Sequence record: DRR378314_195
Reading direction: 5' to 3' (one strand)
Length of the DNA stretch: 64,000 bases
The translations under genes were made by a program, and so were the position numbers. This document shows positions 1 through 8,903 of this stretch, piece after piece. Every line of letters starts with the position of its first letter. The stretch's first letter is position 1. The notes beneath the pieces were generated by a model, which saw only the letters and a list, made by a program, of their open reading frames with translations, did not search any database and had not been told where the DNA came from.

Positions 1-36
1 TGTTCTGGTTGTTCTGGTTGTTCTGGTTGTTCTGGT
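1..36. repeat. 9-bp tandem repeat (TGTTCTGGT)x4, truncated by the window edge
   Basis: Four exact copies read directly; the minus strand reads (ACCAGAACA)n. Confidence 0.95.
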
Positions 37-68
37 CTTTGTGTCGGTTATTTTTATCAGACTAAAGC

Positions 69-96
69 ATAGTACCTGTATTTGGCGTTTCCTCAA
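69..96 (-). promoter_or_regulatory. Putative sigma70 promoter firing leftwards into the repeat
   Basis: Minus strand TTGAGG-N16-TACTAT. Confidence 0.4.
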
Positions 97-215
97 GCCT
101 GGCCTTTGCGGTGACTGGCCCACCCGGACAACTCCCGGGCTTTCGCAGGGAGCATATGCAGGGTACTCTCCCTGATCACTCCAGATAACATCGCCTTAAT
201 GGAAGGGTTTACCCC

Positions 216-1130
216 ATGCAAGAGTTCATTCTGTATCACTATGCCATGTCGCCCTTTTCCGAAAAGGTGAGAGCCATGCTGGGCTATGCCGGCCTTTCCT
301 GGCAGTCCGTTATCGTGAAAGAGATGCCACCCCGGCCCATGCTCTCCGCCTTGGCTGGCGGCTACCGCAAAGTGCCTGTGGCCCAGAACGGCGCCGATGT
401 GTTCTGTGACAGCCGCGCCATCGCCGATGAGATCGCACGCCTGAGCGGCAAACCGGAATTGAGTCTGGCCAACCAACCACAGGCCGTCATCGACTTTGTG
501 CGGACCACGGACCTTGAGGTTTTCTTGGCCTGCGTGATTGCCGCCAGCGATGGTCGCATGCTGCGAAAGCTGATCCGCGAGACATCCGTGCTGAACGCCC
601 TCCGTTTCCTCAAAGACCGCATCACCATGGGCACCAAAGCCCGCGTAAAAGCGGCGCGAGGGCCTCAGGCAAAAGCAAAGGTCATGGCGCACATCGAAAC
701 CATGGAATCGATGCTGGAGGCGGACTTTCTGTTCGGTGACACGCCCTGCATCGCGGATTTCTCGGCCTACCATGGTCTCTGGTTTGTCTGCGATCTGGCG
801 GGAAAGCCCTGGCTGCGGGACTACCCAAAAGTAGCGGGCTGGATGGCGCGAATGAAGGCCTTCGGACACGGAGAACACGGTGAGATCACCGCCGACCAGG
901 CATTGGACATCGCCCGCAATGCAACGCCCCGAGCCATTGAGACCAACGGGGATGATGCGCTAGCAGGTAAGAACGTTGAAGTGGCACCCGATGATTACGG
1001 GCGTGACCCGGTGACTGGCAGATTGGTATTTGCTGACGGGCATGCGCTGACACTGGAGCGCTCCCACGCCCGCGTCGGGCAGGTCCATGTTCACTTCCCG
1101 AAACAGGGCTTTGCTATCAAACCCGCCTAA
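216..1130 (+). CDS. Glutathione S-transferase family protein
   Basis: N-terminal SPFSEKVR, YRKVPV and CDSRAI motifs; C-terminal LFGDTPCIADFS. Confidence 0.9.
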   Translation: MQEFILYHYAMSPFSEKVRAMLGYAGLSWQSVIVKEMPPRPMLSALAGGYRKVPVAQNGADVFCDSRAIADEIARLSGKPELSLANQPQAVIDFVRTTDLEVFLACVIAASDGRMLRKLIRETSVLNALRFLKDRITMGTKARVKAARGPQAKAKVMAHIETMESMLEADFLFGDTPCIADFSAYHGLWFVCDLAGKPWLRDYPKVAGWMARMKAFGHGEHGEITADQALDIARNATPRAIETNGDDALAGKNVEVAPDDYGRDPVTGRLVFADGHALTLERSHARVGQVHVHFPKQGFAIKPA

Positions 1131-1134
1131 AACT

Positions 1135-2358
1135 TCAGGCGGACTGGTTGTCCGGGCCACTGCTTTCGAAAGCTGTCAGCACCGACGCCAGAAAGTCGTC
1201 CATTAACGAGCGTGGCGCGGGAACGCTCCCGCCGCCCTGCTCCTCCTGAAGCAACTGGAAATCGTTCAACAGTTTCTGCATGAGCCCCTCCATTGACTGA
1301 AGGCCCATGCCATTGTCGATCGACGCCTGGGCAAGCCCTTGAATGTCCCGTGCAAGACTTCCGAGCGGGCGCAGTTGGCTATTCGCTGAAGGCTCACGAT
1401 TAGCTGAGGGCTCACGGGATACCGCCTCGTAGGCCGCCGCAGAGACCATTCGGGTGGCGGAAAGATTCAGGCTGAAACCGGCCAACTCGTCGCCACCCAG
1501 TTTCAATGTCTGGGCTGCTTGAAAGGCGCCCTGCATATCGCCCTCAAAAAAGCGGCCTGACACCTCCTGAACTCTGCCAAAAAGGTCCGTGAGCGCTGCT
1601 TTCTCGCTGTCGTCCAGGCTGCCTTCCACCGAGAACGCATAACGCCCCGAAAACAGACTGGTCGAACGCACTTCCTCAGACCGAACCCCACCGGTCTCGC
1701 GGACGCTTGCCGCCATTGCAGAGTAGCGTTGCTCTTCCATGCGAACGGTTACCCGGTCGCCGTCACGGGTGGTGACCTCAAACGCAAACGAATCTCTGCC
1801 TGAACGCTCCACCACCGCCGCCGACACCCTGTTTTCAGGGGGCACCTCGTTTTGGAGAAACCGCGACTCCAGTTCGGCAAGTCCGTTCTCGATACGCTTG
1901 AAGCTGTCATCAATATCACTGCTCAGCGTTCCGGTCATCAGGCCCAACGCTTCGATCTGCTCCCTCGCCTCGGAGAACCCCTGCTCAACGCCACGGCGGG
2001 CATCCGCGAGCAGTCCGGCCAGGCGCTCCGGGTCCGCTCCGGCAGACGCTTCCTTTTGCAGACGCTGCTGGACAAAGCCCAATACACGGCCGGCCACATC
2101 GGCAGCAGTTGGTGGTTCGAATCGATTGCTGGCAACGGCTGACGTATCTGAAGCGGAGGCTCCGAGCCGTTGCTGGAGCTGCTGTTCCAGTCTGTTGCGA
2201 AGTACGTTGATGGCATCTTCAGGCGTACGGATGCGCACGTTGCCCCGTTCCCGAACCCGGGTGGGCACTGGGTTGTCGTTCGTTGAACGGCTTCCCGCTG
2301 GCTCCGAGCCAGAGCGGCCAGGCATACCGGAACCGGGAATATTTATCGGAGAAACCAT
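1135..2358 (-). CDS. DUF5610-like hypothetical protein
   Basis: ARRGVEQGFSEAREQ and VTTRDGDRVT...YAFSVEGSLD motifs; start chosen at MVSPINIP with a GAGGG SD. Confidence 0.7.
   Translation of the reverse strand: MVSPINIPGSGMPGRSGSEPAGSRSTNDNPVPTRVRERGNVRIRTPEDAINVLRNRLEQQLQQRLGASASDTSAVASNRFEPPTAADVAGRVLGFVQQRLQKEASAGADPERLAGLLADARRGVEQGFSEAREQIEALGLMTGTLSSDIDDSFKRIENGLAELESRFLQNEVPPENRVSAAVVERSGRDSFAFEVTTRDGDRVTVRMEEQRYSAMAASVRETGGVRSEEVRSTSLFSGRYAFSVEGSLDDSEKAALTDLFGRVQEVSGRFFEGDMQGAFQAAQTLKLGGDELAGFSLNLSATRMVSAAAYEAVSREPSANREPSANSQLRPLGSLARDIQGLAQASIDNGMGLQSMEGLMQKLLNDFQLLQEEQGGGSVPAPRSLMDDFLASVLTAFESSGPDNQSA
1381..1416. repeat. Imperfect 18-bp in-frame tandem duplication (REPSAN x2)
   Basis: attcgctgaaggctcacg / attagctgagggctcacg. 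Confidence 0.85.
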
Positions 2359-2446
2359 ACCCTCAACCCTCATCAGCGTTGTGTTCAGGCAGGTCATGGG
2401 GACTTCCGCAGCCTGCCACCGTTTATCGGCAGGCCAGCGGCAGACC

Positions 2447-3073
2447 TTAAGATCGTTTCGGTATTAGCACCAAATGATTAGGCAATTCGTTTTTCTCACG
2501 GGTCGCGGGCAACTGTTCCCGAAGGTGCCGGCCGCAACTTTCGATGCAACCGAGGAAGCCAGACAGAGTGTCACCGCTGCGAACCTGTTTGGTAAAGGCG
2601 CCAACAATGTCACCCCAGACCTCATCGCTGACCTTTTCGGCGATCCCCTGATCCACCAGGATCTCCACATAGTGCTCGGCCTCGGACACAAAAATCAGCA
2701 TGCCAACACCGCCCTGGGTGTGGTGCAGGTTCTGCTCCAGGAATTGCCGCCGGGCCAGGTTGGAAGCGCGCCAGAAACGAACACTTCGCGGTACCAGGTG
2801 GTGCCCGACGCCCGGAAACCGGAACAACAGGCAAAGCACGATAAAGGTCACCCACTGGGTGACCAGCAACCAGTCCGCCCCCAGCGAACCGGCAAAGTAG
2901 TTAATCGCTCCAGGAACCAGTAATGCGGTAATGCCGGCCCAGAGCAAAGGTATGTAAGCATAGTCGTCGGAAGCTGAGGCAAGAACCGTCACCAGTTCCG
3001 CGTCGGTTTCACGCTCAACTTCGGAGATGGCCTCGGCCACCTGTTGTTGCTCGTTGTCTGTTAAAAGCGTCAT
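2447..3073 (-). CDS. TPM domain membrane protein
   Basis: AISEVERETDAELV, two TM helices, GMLIFVSEAEHYVEILVDQGI, NELPN. Confidence 0.9.
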   Translation of the reverse strand: MTLLTDNEQQQVAEAISEVERETDAELVTVLASASDDYAYIPLLWAGITALLVPGAINYFAGSLGADWLLVTQWVTFIVLCLLFRFPGVGHHLVPRSVRFWRASNLARRQFLEQNLHHTQGGVGMLIFVSEAEHYVEILVDQGIAEKVSDEVWGDIVGAFTKQVRSGDTLSGFLGCIESCGRHLREQLPATREKNELPNHLVLIPKRS

Positions 3074-3133
3074 GTTCGTTCCGGTGTTGCTGATTCAATG
3101 GTTTCGCTGTCTGTTCACGTTTTTACCCTGGCA

Positions 3134-3889
3134 TTACCAGCCGCCGGAGGCGCCGCCGCCGCCGAAGCCGCCGCCACCGCCACTGAAGCCGCCACCGCCA
3201 AAACCGCCGCCGCGGCCACCGCCGAGCCCGCCAGCAAGCGCACCGGCAAGCAACGCACTGCGACCACCACGGCCACCGCCGATGCCGCCATTAAAGAACG
3301 CGAGCAGTACAATCACGAAGAACAGAATGCCCAGCGCCGGATGAGGCTTGTCGTCCTCAGCCGTACGGCGCCTCGACTCCGGAACCGCAAGCGGCTCGCC
3401 GCCCAATACCTGGACCATGGCCGCTGCGCCGTTGGCAATGCCGGTGGCAAAATCGCCCTGCCTGAACGCCGGCGTGATGATCTGGTTGATAATCGTGGCG
3501 GATGTGGCGTCGGTCAGACGGCCTTCCAGGCCGTAGCCAACTTCGATCCGAATCCGTCGCTCGTCCTCAGCAACGATCAGCAACGCACCGTTATCTTCAC
3601 CTTTCTGCCCAATTCCCCAATGACGGCCCAATTGATAGCCGAAGTCTTCAATGGCATAGCCCTGGAGGTTAGGCAAGGTCACTACAACCACCTGTTCGGT
3701 CGTCGATTGCTCGTGGGCCTCCAGCATCTGGCCGAGGCGTCGCTCAACCTTGGAGGGCAACATGTTGGCGCCATCAACAACGCGCCCCGTCAGTTCCGGG
3801 AAATCAGGACTGGACTGGGCCTGGGCACTGGCCTGACCCAACACAACCAGGGCCAGAAAAACGAGGACTGGATGAAAACGAACAGGCAT
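3134..3889 (-). CDS. TPM domain (YgcG-like) protein with Gly-rich tail
   Basis: GRVVDGANML, WGIGQKGEDNGALL, RIEVGYGLEG and C-terminal GGGGFGGGGASGGW. Confidence 0.92.
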   Translation of the reverse strand: MPVRFHPVLVFLALVVLGQASAQAQSSPDFPELTGRVVDGANMLPSKVERRLGQMLEAHEQSTTEQVVVVTLPNLQGYAIEDFGYQLGRHWGIGQKGEDNGALLIVAEDERRIRIEVGYGLEGRLTDATSATIINQIITPAFRQGDFATGIANGAAAMVQVLGGEPLAVPESRRRTAEDDKPHPALGILFFVIVLLAFFNGGIGGGRGGRSALLAGALAGGLGGGRGGGFGGGGFSGGGGGFGGGGASGGW

Positions 3890-4506
3890 CAGAACTCCAC
3901 CTGTGGCGCTTCCTGGGCATCGGGTGTGGTGGCTTCGAAATTCGCCCGCAGTTCAAGATCGCTGTACAACATGCTGTGCCAGAGACGCCCCGGGAAAGTC
4001 CGGATCTCGGTATTGTAGCGTTCAACGGCCTGGATGAAGTCCCGCCTTGCGACCGCGATACGATTTTCCGTGCCCTCAAGTTGCGATTGCAACGCCAGAA
4101 AGTTCTGGTTTGATTTCAGGTCCGGGTAGCGCTCGGAAACCGCCATCAGACGGCTAAGTGCGCTGCTGAGCTCACCCTGTACCTGCTGGAACTGTTTCAG
4201 TTTCTCAGGGTTGTTGAGGATGCTTTCGTCGACCTGAATGGAAGTCGCCTTTGAGCGAGCCTCGATGACTGCCGTCAGCGTCTCCTGTTCCTGATTCGCA
4301 AACCCTTTCACCGTTTCAACCAGATTCGGCACCAGATCCGCCCGCCGCTGGTACTGATTTTCAACCTGCGCCCAGGCCGATTTAACCTGCTCGTCGTAGG
4401 TGGGAATGTTGTTGATGCCGCAGCCGGTGAGTAGCGTGGCCAACAACACCAGGCCAGCAATGTGAAGCGGCGTTCGGCCCGCCTGAGCCCTGGGTTGGTT
4501 GTGCAT
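3889..4506 (-). CDS. lemA: LemA family lipoprotein
   Basis: Lipobox LTGC; YQRRADLVPNLV, ERYPDLKSNQNF, LEGTENRIAVARRD. Confidence 0.95.
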   Translation of the reverse strand: MHNQPRAQAGRTPLHIAGLVLLATLLTGCGINNIPTYDEQVKSAWAQVENQYQRRADLVPNLVETVKGFANQEQETLTAVIEARSKATSIQVDESILNNPEKLKQFQQVQGELSSALSRLMAVSERYPDLKSNQNFLALQSQLEGTENRIAVARRDFIQAVERYNTEIRTFPGRLWHSMLYSDLELRANFEATTPDAQEAPQVEF

Positions 4507-4603
4507 AGCGTATCCGTTCCTTGAGGGTGAACCCGGTCATTTTCGGCCTAAGACACTACCACACTTTCCTCCCCGACATCTGCCACTTGAGCCGCCAGAA
4601 ACA

Positions 4604-4619
4604 CTGTATACATATACAG
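4604..4619. promoter_or_regulatory. LexA (SOS) box
   Basis: CTGTATACATATACAG = CTGT-N8-ACAG with AT-rich spacer, about 80 bp upstream of yebG. Confidence 0.9.
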
Positions 4620-4697
4620 ACCTCTTCAGTATACTCACCCCAGATTCAATGAACCCCACCAGACACGACAACGTGCGGGAACACACTGGAGAAAGTC

Positions 4698-4973
4698 ATG
4701 GCCGTACAAGCGCTGTATTACTCGGAGAGGGATGGACTGGAGATGGCACTGAAACACCCTGACACAATGCTCTTCTCGTCCAAAGCGGAAGCCGATGCCC
4801 GGGATAAGGTCCTGGAACTGGCCGAAGAAATCACCCAGTTTCTGCAAGCCCGGGTGGAAGGCCTGGATGAAGGACTGGCGGAAAAGGCCGCACTGGCCAT
4901 CGCTGAAGAGAAGGACCTGTTCGCCAAGGCCCTGAAAAAACCTTCGTTGCTGAATCAAACCGCCGACGCGTAA
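4698..4973 (+). CDS. yebG: YebG family DNA-damage-inducible protein
   Basis: MAV start, FSSKAEADARDKVLELAE motif, upstream SOS box. Confidence 0.88.
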   Translation: MAVQALYYSERDGLEMALKHPDTMLFSSKAEADARDKVLELAEEITQFLQARVEGLDEGLAEKAALAIAEEKDLFAKALKKPSLLNQTADA

Positions 4974-4981
4974 TCACAAAT

Positions 4982-5027
4982 GGGCGGGGAGGAGGCGCTT
5001 TTCCGCGCTCACCGCACGCCCCCGCCC
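4982..5027. terminator. GC-rich hairpin between convergent genes
   Basis: GGGCGGGG...CCCCGCCC stem; no clear U-tract. Confidence 0.35.
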
Positions 5028-5044
5028 CAATACGCCTACTGAGC

Positions 5045-6592
5045 TCAGTCTCCCAGCGGATTAAGATCCCCCACAAACCTCAACATGTCCGCCATGGTAA
5101 AGGTTCCCGGCGTGGCTGCCGGCAAGGAGGGTTTCCAATCAGTACCTTCCTGCCAGAGGAAAGACTGCTGGTCACCGTGGATCAGCCCCACAAACACCTC
5201 AGACACGATGGTCGCCCCAACCGGGCCGAGCCGATCACCCGCTTCTTTCACTTGCGCCTCCTTGAGGATGTAATACCACAGCGGCGTCGATTCGTGCAGG
5301 CCCTGGCGCTTGGCTTCCGCGCCATCCGGCCCGGTCGCAATTTCATCGGCCGTCAGTGCATTGGTTATTCCCATCTCACGGGCCACATCCTGCCCTGAGG
5401 GCAAGCCCAGGCTCACCCCGCGCTTCAGATTCCGGAAAGCCAGGTTACCGCCACCGCCGGGCAGGTTATGCAATTCTTCCACCAGCAACGGGTCCAGTTT
5501 TCGCGACGCATTGAACGCCACCGACGTCGGACGGTCGAGATCATATAAACGCCGCCAGTCGATAATCCAATTGCTGGGCAGCACGCTTACAGGCGTTGGC
5601 CCTGTGGGAGGCTGTGGGGCAAGGTTGCCAATTATTTCCCCGGACAGGCCTGAGAAGGCAAACAACAGGTCAAAGCCGGTATCGGTGAACACTCTGTTGT
5701 GACTGTATCTCTGGCGTACCATGCTGTGACCGAGACGGTAAGCCGCCACAGAAAACTCCACCGGCATGTAAGGCGTCTTCTTGAACCGATAGTACTGTCG
5801 CCCATCGTTAAGAATTCGATCAGTGGTCCCTTCCCCACACAAACGCTCCATCCAGTCGTGAAGTACCATCCATTGATAATGGTACGTGACCGTTTTGCGC
5901 GCTTCAGACAGGATCTGCCCTGGCGCCACACCCTCGCTCTGCAGCTTGTCGCACACAGCGTTGTGGAATTTCAGGAAGGCCAGGTGGGTTTGGGCTACCA
6001 GAAGATTTTCGTCGTTGCGTGGGTCTCCGATCAATGCCACACCTTCCGGGCTGCGAGGAAGGTCGTTGGCAAAATCACCGGTAATGCCACCAAAATCGAC
6101 GTTGATATTCCGGCCAATTACCAGTTTGGGGCCCCGTTGTCCGGGATCCGCCGGGTTCCTTGCGTACAGATGGGGTGAACCGTCCGGTCCCAGCCCATAG
6201 ACGTTATCCAAATCCAGCGCTGGGGTACGGAAGTTTTCCAAACCCAACGGATCTCTTTTCTTATCCGACAACGAACTCAGGTCGAGTGTGATGTCGTGGT
6301 CGACAAACTGGCCAAAGTAGGTGTAACCACCCGGAATGCCCGGATTGTCCAGCGAGCTGTCCGTTGGATCGGGATCCAGCATGGCTTCTGCCAACGCCTG
6401 AAGTTTGTTGTCTGGCACGTCCAGAGCTGGCAGGCCCGGAAACATCCGGCCAAACATGCCTGGGTCATCGTGGCCAGCCAATTGGTCAAGCCCTTTGCGG
6501 GACGGATGTCGCCCACCCATGCCATGCCCGGGGCACATATTGACTTTTTTATACGCCTTATCGCCCGTTTCAAACGTTTCCTTGATATTCAT
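5045..6592 (-). CDS. Heme peroxidase (peroxidase-cyclooxygenase / animal heme peroxidase superfamily)
   Basis: Distal YFGQFVDHDIT, GDPRNDEN, proximal AAYRLGHSMVR, TPLWYYILKEA. Confidence 0.9.
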   Translation of the reverse strand: MNIKETFETGDKAYKKVNMCPGHGMGGRHPSRKGLDQLAGHDDPGMFGRMFPGLPALDVPDNKLQALAEAMLDPDPTDSSLDNPGIPGGYTYFGQFVDHDITLDLSSLSDKKRDPLGLENFRTPALDLDNVYGLGPDGSPHLYARNPADPGQRGPKLVIGRNINVDFGGITGDFANDLPRSPEGVALIGDPRNDENLLVAQTHLAFLKFHNAVCDKLQSEGVAPGQILSEARKTVTYHYQWMVLHDWMERLCGEGTTDRILNDGRQYYRFKKTPYMPVEFSVAAYRLGHSMVRQRYSHNRVFTDTGFDLLFAFSGLSGEIIGNLAPQPPTGPTPVSVLPSNWIIDWRRLYDLDRPTSVAFNASRKLDPLLVEELHNLPGGGGNLAFRNLKRGVSLGLPSGQDVAREMGITNALTADEIATGPDGAEAKRQGLHESTPLWYYILKEAQVKEAGDRLGPVGATIVSEVFVGLIHGDQQSFLWQEGTDWKPSLPAATPGTFTMADMLRFVGDLNPLGD

Positions 6593-6686
6593 TCCTCTCT
6601 CCCATTTGGACTGTAGGTCCTCAGACCGTCAAAGCCGCGAACAACGGCCAGGGCGTCATGCCCTTCGCGACGAGCCCCAAGGAAAG

Positions 6687-6702
6687 AGCAGCTTCCATGC
6701 CA
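6687..6702 (-). promoter_or_regulatory. sigma54 -24/-12 promoter for the heme peroxidase
   Basis: Minus strand TGGCAT-GGAAG-CTGCT (GG-N10-GC); IHF-like AAACAGTCAGTTA at 6756-6768. Confidence 0.6.
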
Positions 6703-7213
6703 GCGGAGAGTTCAGGCGCGGGCTCACACCATTAGTTGAGAATAATCGCCTTTTTAAACAGTCAGTTAAGAACATCAGCCCAAATCGCTCACGGTCACAC
6801 CCCTCCAGGTGGGCATCCAGCGGGTACGACAAGTTGGAACGCCTGCATACATTACTGACGGAAGAGAAGAAACGACCGCTTTCAGGGAGGCGACCGACAC
6901 GTGAAAATGAGTGCATTTGCTAACGAAAACGGGCTCAATCGACGCACATTTGGCACATTTAAGACACACGCCGGTTTCCTTTACACCCGACGTATTGAAA
7001 GTTGACACTTTCCAGCCAACTCGCCCGAACGCTCACATTATCCGGCCTTGAATCGGAGCCCCTGCATCGCACCACCGTTGCATAAGCTCTTAAATTCAGG
7101 CGCTTGGCGACGGTGACACGAAAAGGAAAAAGCAATACTCAGACGATATGTCGCATATGCAATGATGTTGAAACTCATTACAACCTTGGCCATCCATTAC
7201 CAGGAAAGTAGCA

Positions 7214-7642
7214 TCAACGCCTGAAACGCGTCTCCAGAACCACCGCCGAATTGGTGCGCTCCACCCCCTCCAGATTGCCGATTTCGTCCAGAACCGCGCT
7301 CAACTCTTCCAGGGACTGGGCCTGGACAATGGCAATCAGGTCATACTCGCCGCTGACAGAATACAACTGGGATACATGGCTGATGTGTTCCAGGGCTGCA
7401 TTGGTTCGAGCCGTCAGCTTCTGGAAGACCTTGATCGACACATGGGCCTCCACCTGGGCGGCCGAGTATTCACCCCCAAGCTCAACGGAATACCCACGAA
7501 TCACGCCGCTCGCTTCGAGCTTTGCGATACGGTTCTGCACCGTGGAACGCGACAAATCCAGTGCCCTGGCCAGGTCTGAGACACTACAGCGGGCGTTCTG
7601 TCGCAGGTGTAAAAGCAGTTTCTGGTCCTGCTTACTGATCAT
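7214..7642 (-). CDS. Lrp/AsnC family transcriptional regulator
   Basis: HTH NARCSVSDLARALDLSRSTVQNRIAKLE; VSGEYDL; divergent from astA. Confidence 0.93.
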   Translation of the reverse strand: MISKQDQKLLLHLRQNARCSVSDLARALDLSRSTVQNRIAKLEASGVIRGYSVELGGEYSAAQVEAHVSIKVFQKLTARTNAALEHISHVSQLYSVSGEYDLIAIVQAQSLEELSAVLDEIGNLEGVERTNSAVVLETRFRR

Positions 7643-7778
7643 ATCGACACTATTCCTGGTTAATTTGCCATAATATATCATCATTTATACGTTTTTGACG
7701 CTACAAAATGACACGTCACCTCATCATACTGACCCTGCCACTCACCGCTCTCCGCGGCCAGTAGATGAGGACCTGTGT

Positions 7779-8903
7779 ATGATTATCCGTCCGGTTGCCC
7801 TGTCAGATCTCGCCGCTCTGCAGCAGATTGCCGTGGAGTCCGGCTCCGGGTTCACCTCACTGGTTGATGACCGTGAGTTCCTGATCCGAAAAATTCGTCA
7901 TTCCATGGACAGTTTTAGCCACCAGACCGAGAAGCCCAGCGACGAAGGTTACCTGTTTGTCCTGGAAGAGCCGGAAACCGGCGAAATTATGGGGACAACT
8001 GGTATTGAAGCCTCTGTTGGGTTGCAGCGGCCGCTGTATCACTATCACCGCAGTCAGGTCGTTCACCATTCACCGGAGCTGAACCTGCTGAGGCGACTGG
8101 AAGTGCTCAACATGTGCAACCACTACACTGGCTGCAGTGAAATCTGCACACTGTTCCTGCGTCCCCGGTTTCGGCGTGCACATGCGGGCAAGCTGCTTTC
8201 CAGGGTTCGCTTTCTGTTTATGGCCCAACACCCGCAGCGTTTTGCCGAGACCGTTATCGCCGAAATGCGGGGCATCTCGAACGACGCTGGACAGTCGCCA
8301 TTCTGGGATTGGTTGCGGACGCATTTCGTGGATCTTGATTTCAGCACCGTGACACGCATGGTTGGCACCGGCGATAACGGGTTTATCGCCGACCTGATGC
8401 CCCGACACCCGCTGTATACCCATTTAATGGACGAAGACGCCCGTGCCGTTATCGGGCAAGTGCACCCACATACCCGGCCAGCCCTCGCCATGCTCGAAGC
8501 GGAAGGGTTCCGCCACAACGGTTACGTGGACCTGTTCGATGCCGGCCCGACCGTTGAAGCAAGGGTCGCTGATATCCGGTCTGTATCCGCGTCTGTTCGC
8601 TGCAACATTCAGATTGTTGACGAAGTGCGCCCGACGCTCGAGGAGTGGAACCGGGGCGGAAAGGGCCGACTGATGGCCATTGCCAACACCGGCACGGCGA
8701 ATTTCCGCGCCACCGTGACCAGCGCTGCCAGATATCTACCCGCTCATAATCTCCTGCAGGTTCCAGCGGCACTGGCAAACTCGCTCCAACTGCGCAACGA
8801 TGGAGAAGTCCGCTTCATGGAACTTGCAGCCGCACAGAGCGGCGCTGCGACCACAGCCATTCCACCGCGCCAAGAAAAGGAGGCCATCCATGCACACCGA
8901 TAG
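7779..8903 (+). CDS. astA: Arginine N-succinyltransferase (AstA family)
   Basis: MIIRPV, GFTSL, YTGCSEICTLFL, IAEMRG, SPFW, GYVDLFDAGPT. Confidence 0.9.
   Translation: MIIRPVALSDLAALQQIAVESGSGFTSLVDDREFLIRKIRHSMDSFSHQTEKPSDEGYLFVLEEPETGEIMGTTGIEASVGLQRPLYHYHRSQVVHHSPELNLLRRLEVLNMCNHYTGCSEICTLFLRPRFRRAHAGKLLSRVRFLFMAQHPQRFAETVIAEMRGISNDAGQSPFWDWLRTHFVDLDFSTVTRMVGTGDNGFIADLMPRHPLYTHLMDEDARAVIGQVHPHTRPALAMLEAEGFRHNGYVDLFDAGPTVEARVADIRSVSASVRCNIQIVDEVRPTLEEWNRGGKGRLMAIANTGTANFRATVTSAARYLPAHNLLQVPAALANSLQLRNDGEVRFMELAAAQSGAATTAIPPRQEKEAIHAHR

Noticed and set aside
1..36. Possible CRISPR array
   Set aside because: 9-bp units without spacers, and no cas genes
3137..3290. Dense GCC/CCG repeats
   Set aside because: They encode the normal Gly-rich tail of the TPM protein
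7664..7674. TTTGCCATAAT shared with 43201-43211 near both Lrp genes
   Set aside because: Orientation relative to the Lrp genes differs; more simply an extended -10 element (TGnCATAAT)
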